Below are positions 56,289 to 64,000 of a stretch of DNA of 64,000 nucleotides, one piece after another. Each line of letters opens with the position of its first letter. Positions within the stretch are counted from its first letter, which is position 1. The stretch comes from Octopus bimaculoides (lineage: Eukaryota): positions 119,608,459 to 119,672,458 of the forward strand of contig NC_068984.1 of assembly GCF_001194135.2 (NCBI RefSeq), in the 5' to 3' direction. The notes under the pieces are model-generated. The model did not search any database. It was not told where the DNA came from and saw nothing but the letters and a program-made list of their open reading frames with translations. The position numbers and the translations under genes are program-made.

Positions 56289-56413
56289 GTACCCAATGTA
56301 AAAATTGATGCGACAAAACTTAATCCTGAAGAGTTAGGGAAGCTTTATACTGATGTAAAAATGTGGAAAAATAAACAAGATCACATTAATGCAAAATTGG
56401 AAACTATGAAAAG
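56289..56413 (+). CDS. HSF: HSF exon: linker and start of HR-A/B coiled coil
   Basis: ttctcag acceptor, gtaaac donor. VPNVKIDATKLNPEELGKLYTDVKMWKNKQDHINAKLETMK(R), homologous to the HSF KLLTDVQLMKGKQ...L.AMK segment. 125 nt, phase 0 to 2, in frame with the previous exon. Confidence 0.93.
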
Positions 56414-56899
56414 GTAAACATTTTAAACTATGGCTTATGTCATATCATTTCAGTATAACATTTTGTTTCAAAATTAGTCCACCCTTAATACAAGGTACTC
56501 CAAATCATATGCAAGATGCTGTCTCCCAGACTAGCCACATCATTCTGACATACAGAAATGGATGTAGATGGTGATAGCAATACTGCTGTTGATTAATTTA
56601 TTTTCTCTTGAGAATAATGAAGATGCTTTGTTACATATGTTAACTACTTTTGTTGCATAAGAAGTTTTGTCTATATTTATTCATTTCAACATATATGATA
56701 TAGTGGAGGAGAAAATAGATCTTTATAGTACAGAGGATAACTGAGAGTTCCTGCATGACTGGAGCAAGACCCCCCCAGTTAAAAAGAGAATGATGTGATA
56801 GTGGAGCAGTTTTGTAGATAGAGCCATACAAGCTGAGAGGTAGGGATGTGAAATATCTTATTTTGGTAGGTTAGGATCAAATCCAATTGAAAGAGTTAT

Positions 56900-57196
56900 A
56901 ACCCACTGTTTATTCAGACAATATCTGATTATCATTTATTCTGTATTCTTCAAAATCGTTTGGAAGGGAAAAATATGAATTCTATAGACGAGGTCAGAAC
57001 AGTACTGGAGGAGTATTTTTTGTCATGGACAAGTGAATTTTGGAACAGGGGCCTTGCAAGTCTACCAGATAGATGAAAGGGCATTGTAGAAAAGGAAGGA
57101 GAGTATATTTTAGATTAAAAAAGAACTTTGTTTATCTTAATCTTGAAAAATAGAAGTAGTATAAAACGATCACATTATTTATGGGATGATCCAATA
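56900..57196 (+). mobile_element. Mariner transposase C-terminus and 3' TIR
   Basis: SDYHLFCILQNRLEGKNMNSIDEVRTVLEEYFLSWTSEFWNRGLASLPDR*KGIVEKEGEYILD, then a terminus cacattatttatgggatgatccaata. Confidence 0.85.
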
Positions 57197-57198
57197 TG

Positions 57199-57284
<86 letters not shown>

Positions 57285-57552
57285 GAAAATAAATAGAGAG
57301 TTAGATAGATATATGTGGGCCAGGCAAAATGGCTATTAAGAAGAAAATTTGCTATTGCAAAATCAAGTTTATATTTGTATCAAACCAAACTTACTTAATG
57401 CCTATATGTTTTTAAACTGATGAGAAAGAGAGAGAGAGAGAGAGAAGACTCTAAGTATAGTAATTATTATTGTTGTTGTTTTTAACCCAAATGTTAAAAG
57501 AAATAATAAAAGTAATTATTGTCATTTTTTTCTTCTTGCTTTTAATTCCTAG

Positions 57553-57628
57553 GCAGAATGATGCATTGTGGAGAGAAGTGGCATCACTGCGACAGAAACA
57601 CAAACAGCAGCAGCAGATAGTGAACAAA
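57553..57628 (+). CDS. HSF: HSF exon: HR-A/B core
   Basis: cctag acceptor, gtaagc donor. (R)[25 protein letters not shown] matches the HSF motif [22 protein letters not shown]. 76 nt, phase 2 to 0. Confidence 0.96.
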
Positions 57629-58244
57629 GTAAGCCTCTGTTTCCTTTATTTATCAACACACTCTTGTAACCATTAGTATATTGTCAGTATTTTTTGGCTT
57701 TGTCACAAGTGTGAAATATATTTGGAGAAATTACAATTGTCAATTCATTCACCTGTTTCTGATTATCATTGCCTTTACAACCAGCAACACTATCACCAAC
57801 AATCACCACTACATTGTTGTTACCCCAATCAGGCTCTAATTGGGTAGATTAGATCTTTGATTAACACTTTAGCATTTAAACTGGCTGTATCCAGCCAAAA
57901 TATTCTATCAATTTTATGTTCAAACCAGCCAGATCCAGCCTCTTACACTTAGCCTACAATATAATTCTAAAAATAAACAATCAGATCATCGATACATGGT
58001 TACTGTGGCATTACATAAAGGCGGTTAGAAATAGCAGGAAAGAAAGATAAAGATGGTGGTGACAAGGTGTCGGGTACAAAAAACAATAGGAGCAGAAGAT
58101 GCAGAAAGGTTGGTAATTTAGTTTGTAAGAGTGTGAGGGGAGAGTGGTATATGGTTAGTGATAGGGGTTGATGTGAGTGTAGTGAATGATGGATAAGGGT
58201 GAAGGTGTGGCCACCAATGTTGTTGAAAAAGCAACGAACCAAGA

Positions 58245-58397
58245 GTGGTTGGCGTTAGGAAGGGCATCCAGCTGTAGAAACTCTGCCAAATCAGATTGGA
58301 GCCTGGTGTAGCCATCTGGTTTCACCAGTCCTCAGTCAAATCGTCCAGCCCATGCTAGCATGGAAAGCGGACGTTAAACGATGACGACGACGACGAT
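58245..58397 (+). mobile_element. Very short RTE 3'-end insertion (also at ~8262-8412)
   Basis: gttggcgttaggaagggcatccagctgtagaaactctgcc...gcggacgttaaacgatga(cga)n matches the last ~150 nt of the longer RTE copies. Confidence 0.85.
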
Positions 58398-58468
58398 GTT
58401 GGATGGAAGTTTGTTTTATGAACAGTTAAGTTTTAAGTTCATTAAGGATTAATGGAGAATCTTGCCTC

Positions 58469-58720
58469 TCACAATATAGAAACATTTCTCATGGCACCAG
58501 CAGACAAAATGGAAAAATTGTTGCTGCAGAGGATAATGAGGGAGATGTACTGGAACAGCCACTCTGACTGATAGGGCTCACACCTGCGGATAGCAATCTC
58601 TGCTCTGATAGTGGTGAGTGGGGATATGACCTGGGGGCCAAGAACTCTGGAGGTTTCAACTGCCACAGGCTTGGCTCTAAACCTGTTGGAGAGTGACTGA
58701 TACCTTGAAGGTGTGGTCAA
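58469..58720 (-). mobile_element. Restriction-like endonuclease C-terminus of a CRE/R2-superclade non-LTR retrotransposon
   Basis: RYQSLSNRFRAKPVAVETSRVLGPQV...IAIRRCEPYQSEWLFQYISLIILCSNNFSIL resembles the recalled pattern KY..L...F.PVAVET.G..GP...I....G.PR...WL.QR.S.A..RGN..SIL. Confidence 0.6.
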
Positions 58721-59059
58721 TGTGGGAATAGTTTAGAGGGAAGGTGAAAAAAATAGTTGATCAGGAAGGAGGAGGTAGTAAGCAGCAGTATAATAAAACT
58801 GTAGATTGATGAGAACTAGGGTGATAAAGTGTGAGGTGGTGAGGGAAAGAGATGTACTGTGGCAGACATGACAGTCGGAATTATAGAGGGGTGGATATGG
58901 TGGGTGGTAGTGGGGGTTTTGATGGCATTACATGAGAGTATGTTGAGAATGATAACTAATGTGAGATGGTGTTAAAGATGAGGGAATGTTTGAAAATGTT
59001 GAATTGGTACCATTGAAATTTTATTTATTTTTATATATATATTTTTTTGTCCTCCACAG

Positions 59060-59245
59060 CTTATCCAACTGCTGGTGACTTTCATCCAACACAACCGAGG
59101 TTTACCAAATGTCAAAAGACAGCTGCCAAGAATGATTGAGGATGCTTCAGAACCTCAAGAAACTGTTGTAGTGCCTGCCAAAAGAGCTTGTTTTCAGAAA
59201 CAGCTCTCTATTGAAGAGAATGGAGATCTCCCAAATTCACAAACA
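59060..59245 (+). CDS. HSF: HSF exon: end of HR-B and start of regulatory domain
   Basis: ccacag acceptor, gtaagg donor. LIQLLVTFIQHNRGLPNVKRQLPRMIEDASEPQETVVVPAKRACFQKQLSIEENGDLPNSQT; LIQ.L...KR..P.MI is HSF-like. 186 nt, phase 0 to 0. Confidence 0.9.
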
Positions 59246-59636
59246 GTAAGGGTTTTTTTTTTTTTGCTAAAGATTCTTCTTTTTCAAGGTGTTATTGTTT
59301 TCTTTCTTGTTGGTAGATTAACCTTTTAGCATTCAAGCTGGCCATATCTGGCCAAATAGTCTACCTGTTTTTATGCTCAAACCAGCCAGATCTGGCCTCT
59401 CACACCTACTCTACAATGTCCTAAAAATAAACAATCACATCATTGAAATCTCACAGCTACATTATAATGCATGATTAATTAAAAGCAATGTGAATAAATA
59501 AGCATTACATTTGACGGAGTAATCTAAATCCTAAAGGGTTAAAGATTAAAATGCCTGTTGTCAGTTGTTTGTTTAAGAATCTATCACCAAAACTTTAGCC
59601 TAGACTTGACAGCATCAAGTATTTAATACATACCAC

Positions 59637-60562
59637 CACCATCATCATCATCATCGTTTAACGTCCGTTTTCCATGCTGGCATGGGTTGGACGGTTTGAC
59701 TGAGGTCTGGAGAGCCAGCGGCTGCACCAGGCTCCAATCTGATCTGGCAANNNNNNNNNNAGCCAGCGGCTGCACCAGGCTCCAATCTGATCTGGCAATG
59801 TTTCTACAGCTGGATGCTCTTCCTAACGCCAACCACTCCGAGAGTGTAGTGGGTGCTTTTCACATGCCACCGGCACAGGAGCCAATCAGGCAAGCCTGGC
59901 ATCGATCATGTTGGGATAGTGCTTTTTATGTGCCACTAGCACTGGAGCCAGTCGGGGGTACTGGCATCAGCCACGTTTGGATGATGCTTTTTACGTGCCG
60001 CCAGCATGGGGACCAGTCAGGTGGTCCTGGCATTGATAACATTCAAATAGTGCTTTTTACATGTCACCGGTCGGGAGCCATTCAGAGGGTACTGGCATTG
60101 GCCACATTCGGATGGTGCTTTTTATGTGCCACCAGCATGGGGACCAGTCAGGCGGTCCTGGCATCGATCAAGTTCGAATAGTGCTTTTTATGTACCACCG
60201 GTGCGGAAGCCAGTCAGTGGGTACTGGCATTGGCCATATTCCACAGGTTCCTTCCACAGTTAGGGAGTGGCACTTTTTCACACAGCTGTTCTCATCCATA
60301 CGTAACACATGACCATACCAGCGCAGTTGTCTCTCTTGGACACCACATTTGATGTTTCTTATGCCCAACTTTTCTCTCAGGGCGTTTACACTCTGTCATG
60401 TATGCACACTGACATTACACATCCAGCGAATCATACTAGCTTAATTTCTTTCAAGCCTACGCATGTCCTCAGCATTCATGGCCCATGTTTCACTGCTGTG
60501 TAGCATGGCAGTTTGCACACATGCATCATACAGTCTACCTTTTGTCCTGAGCGAGAGGCTCT
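59637..60562 (-). mobile_element. RTE-clade LINE 3' portion with six 3'-UTR tandem repeats and an internal deletion
   Basis: GRLYDACV..GIRNIKCGVQERQLRWYGHVLRMDENSCVKKCHSLTVEGTCG joined directly to the UTR repeats; (GAT)n tail at 59637-59655. Confidence 0.92.
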
Positions 60563-60903
60563 TAGTTGCTAGCTTTATTTTTAGATTAGGTTGAATTTTA
60601 TTTGAGGCTGTTAAATGTCTTCATATGATGTTAATGAATATATAAAAATGAAAAACCTATTTATATTTAGTATTTGTTATCCATTCACTAGTGCTATTGT
60701 TATCTAATTTTTATGTAAAGTATAAATGTATACATTTTTATCCATCACACTTGATACTATGTTTATGATAGGTAACATTTAAGGTTTTTCAGTAAAGTCT
60801 TATTTGAAAATAAGTTTATAATTATAATGTTTTTTTTTAAATATAGTTCTGTTGAGTTTGTACACATGTGACATTTGTTTTCTTTTTCTTTTTTGCATTG
60901 AAG

Positions 60904-61074
60904 GCTCAAGTTGTTGAACACTGTCCATCGCCTAATGTAACAGCAGTGGAAGAAATACCATATCCAGGTATTATGGAAAGTATTACTGATGTATTTGATG
61001 AAACACCATGTATTTATCCAACAATCATTGAATTGGGGGAGAATGAAGAACCACAAAATGAAGATAATCATCAG
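60904..61074 (+). CDS. HSF: Probable HSF exon, acidic regulatory region
   Basis: Long pyrimidine tract then aag acceptor, gtatgt donor. Open frame AQVVEHCPSPNVTAVEEIPYPGIMESITDVFDETPCIYPTIIELGENEEPQNEDNHQ. 171 nt, phase 0 to 0, in frame with neighbours. Confidence 0.8.
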
Positions 61075-61341
61075 GTATGTGCATGAAATTTGTTGGGAAA
61101 CCTCTCTTTCTCCCCCATAAATTATAATATACCTGAGAGAGAGAGAGGGAGGGAGGAGGTGAGAGGTAAATATTTGAGAGAATGAATTCTGTGTATGCAG
61201 AGCCATTACTCTTCAAAGCTAAGTTGTAATATAGAGTATAACCTGCACAATAGAGATGTGCTAAAGATAATTGGTAAGAAGAAATGGAGTTCTTAGAGTG
61301 AGAGTAGAAATTGTTCAAATGAACACATATAGTTCTTGCAA

Positions 61342-61724
61342 GGAGGCGCAATGGCCCAGTGGTTAGGGCAGCAGACTCACGGTCATAGGATCGCGGTTTC
61401 GATTCCCAGACCGGGCGTTGTGAGTGTTTATTGAGCGAAAACACCTAAAGCTCCACGAGGCTCCGCAGGGGATGGTGGCGAACCCTGCTGTACTCTTCCA
61501 CCACAACTTTCTCTCACTCTTTCTTCCTGTTTCTGTTGTGCCTGTATTTCAAAGGGCCAGCCTTGTCACACTGTGTCACGCTGAATACTCCCGAGAACTA
61601 CGTTAAGGGTACACATGTCTGTGGCGTGCTCAGCCACTTGCACGTTAATTTCACGAGCAGGCTGTTCCGTTGATCGGATCAACTGGAACCCTCGACATCG
61701 TAAGCGACGGAGTGCCAACAAACA
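61342..61724 (+). mobile_element. Full-length tRNA-derived SINE with 11-bp TSD
   Basis: Same family as 26977-27361 in the opposite orientation. TSD agttcttg(c/t)aa at 61331-61341 and 61725-61735. Confidence 0.92.
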
Positions 61725-62355
61725 AGTTCTTGTAAAGACCAATGTTTGACATCACTTATATCACTAGAGTCCATTTGGATGAACATGTTTATAAGTTTGA
61801 CAGGGTGGTTTGGCTTCTTTTTTGGTTCAGCACATAGGTAAAGTGAAGGGGAAGTAGGTGACGTCTTTAAAGGGTATGGATTTGTAACCTTCTTTTGTAT
61901 AGATTTGAGCTATCAAAACTAGTATTAGTGATTAGTCTAGTTGGGCTCCAACTCTTAGCACATTCTGGTGATGTGCATTTCACACAATACTTTTAAATAT
62001 TTTGGTGGTGGGGTGTGTAATAAAGTTGATTTAAAGGCTAAACTGAATATTGTTGCAGGCTAGACATTCCACTTATGACTTTCCAGTCTTATCTTTCTTT
62101 TAAAAATAATTATAGTGTACCAAGGATTAAATCCATCTAATGTGTCCTGTTTCCACTTTTCTTTTTAAAGCAATGAGAAGTGATTTGAAAAAGAGAGGGA
62201 GAGAGAGTGGGGGGGGGAGATTTGGTTTCCATTTGTAGCGGGTTGAGTGACTGCATAAATTTCCAGTGGTTCATTCAGTAATTTTCATTTCAAACGTCAT
62301 GATTTAAGTTTTCAACCATGTCTATTACTAACCAAAGTAAATATTAATAAATAGG

Positions 62356-62765
62356 TGTAGGAGTGACTGTGTGGTAAGTAGCTAGCTAACAAACCGCATG
62401 GGTCTGGGTTCAGTCCCACTGCGTGGCACCTTGGGCAAGTGTCTTCTACTACAGCCTTGGGCCGACCAAAGCCTTGTGAGTGGATTTGGTAGACGAAAAC
62501 TGAAAGAAGCCTGTCATATATATGTGTATGTATGTGTGTATGTTTGTATGTGTGTGTATGTTTGTGTATCTGTGTTTGTCCCCCCAACATCGCTTGACAA
62601 CTGATGCTGGTGTGTTTACGTCCCCATAACTTAGCAGTTCAGCAAAAGAGACCGATAGAATAAGTACTAGGCTTACAAAGAATAAGTCCTTGGGTCGATT
62701 TGCTCGACTAAAGGCAGTGCTCCAGCATGGCCGCAACCAAATGACTGAAACAAGTAAAAGAGTAA
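62356..62765 (+). mobile_element. Full-length copy of the most abundant SINE family in the window
   Basis: gtaggagtgactgtgtggtaag...ggttcagtcccactg head, internal (TG)n, aaatgactgaaacaagtaaaagagtaa tail. Related or partial copies near 3500-3850, 4525-4865, 5150-5355, 7870-8030, 9430-9825, 23630-23905, 32070-32410, 37150-37300, 47075-47220 and others. Confidence 0.9.
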
Positions 62766-62940
62766 ATAAATAAAGTGGGAAACGGATCAGACTTTGGTTT
62801 GTTTCATTTGCTTATCAAGCTCTGGTAGCTTTTCAAGCATGTTTTCTCTTAATTAGTGGTCAAAGAAATGATTAATTTCATTGAAGCAATAGTATTTTTT
62901 TGGAATGTGTTATATATTTCTTCTATTTCCATTCTTTTAG

Positions 62941-63083
62941 CTACAAGAAATATCTACCAGTGAGGAAGCTTTATTAAACAAAGATGTAGTTCTCAGTGGA
63001 AATACTACTCCAAAACATGTAATGCTGACAGAACCTGATACTACCAGCCAAGACCTTATTCTTATAAACCCTGAAGCTGAACG
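62941..63083 (+). CDS. HSF: Probable HSF exon, regulatory region
   Basis: ttccattcttttag acceptor, gtaaga donor. Open frame LQEISTSEEALLNKDVVLSGNTTPKHVMLTEPDTTSQDLILINPEAE(R). 143 nt, phase 0 to 2. Confidence 0.75.
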
Positions 63084-63474
63084 GTAAGACAGTTTTTCTT
63101 CGTCTAGACTTTAATCTACCCTGGTATATATTTAATAATTCCGATGTGAGATATTATAGTTTAGTGAATGGGGACTTATGATAATTTCTAATGTTAATAC
63201 AAATGTTGTTTAGTTTTCACATTGTTGGGCATTTGTTTCTGTGCAATGTGATGCACTTCCATTCATTTCCATGTCGAATCTGTCTCAGTTTTCAGAATTT
63301 TGGGAGTTGGTTTATTATACTCAGAATCCAAAGTATCGTTATGCATTGGTTGACCAGAACTAGTAGCCAGATTACATCACTTGTATGTTGACAACTGTCA
63401 CGGGAGAAAGTTTCTTTCACTGTGCCATTTCATTCAGTTTAAGACGTTACGAAAATTATTCTTTCTTCTGACAG

Positions 63475-63504
63475 GTTTTGTGACATAGTGGACCCAATGA
63501 AACA
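63475..63504 (+). CDS. HSF: Probable 30-nt HSF microexon
   Basis: ctttcttctgacag acceptor and a consensus gtaagt donor. (R)FCDIVDPMK, phase 2 to 2, compatible with the preceding exon. Confidence 0.65.
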
Positions 63505-64000
63505 GTAAGTTTTACACATACAAATGAGTTTGTGAAATTTTCCTTCTACTTTTATTTTGATGTTCCTTAAGGTTTTTATACTTCTGTTAATTCTTCATAC
63601 AACTGTGTATTTGTATTACAATATTAAAAGGACAAAATGGTCACTACGATGTTTAGTACATGCTTACAAGCTATCTTGAAAGTCCTTTAAATTTAATTAA
63701 ATTTAGATATTATTCATTTCCCTCAATGTTTATTACTTCTGTATATGTTTTGCAGTGTGCAATTTTTGGCAGCTTATTGTCGTTAAAACCAGGATATTTC
63801 TATGCCAGTGTTTCTTTGGGTATCTATTATTTTTGTTTGTGACAAAAAATCAATACTGTTATCGGGAATATTTTTCAAGCTTTTCTCTGTCATTGAATTG
63901 AACATGTGGTTGCTTAATCCATTATAGTTAATTATCCACTATTTATTGTAATTCTAAGCTTAGCTATTTAGTGGCTTTCCTTTACCAATTCTTTATTTAG

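Noticed and set aside
59850-60240. CRISPR-like repeat array
   Set aside because: The units are contiguous degenerate tandem repeats with no unique spacers, inside a eukaryotic LINE 3' UTR.
61342-61415. tRNA gene
   Set aside because: The tRNA-like head continues into a ~310-bp body with a tail and TSD, and a second full copy exists at 26977. It is a SINE.

Overview
AT-rich, repeat-dense animal genomic DNA with several assembly gaps. The SINE and LINE families look like those of an octopod cephalopod; this is from recall, not checked by search. The only host gene I can support is a + strand heat shock factor (HSF) gene, with seven canonical GT-AG exons between 45304 and 63504 that splice in frame. 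They encode the C-terminal half of the DNA-binding domain, the HR-A/B trimerisation coil and the start of the regulatory domain, ending in a 30-nt microexon. I found no exons for the N-terminal half of the DNA-binding domain in 1-45303. They lie upstream or in N gaps, so most of the window is probably one very large intron. The rest is decayed transposons: a ~5 kb Helitron fossil with nested insertions, other Helitron pieces, RTE, RTE-X, CR1-like, CRE-like and Penelope-like retroelements, hAT and mariner remnants, a TTAA-flanked MITE family, tRNA-derived SINEs and microsatellites. The most unusual structures are a 5'-inverted (twin-priming type) RTE-X insertion, a nested GGTAA-ended MITE stack in a telomere-like tract, the HSF microexon and an isolated perfect 27-bp inverted repeat. 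I see no clear evidence of a wholly new biological system.
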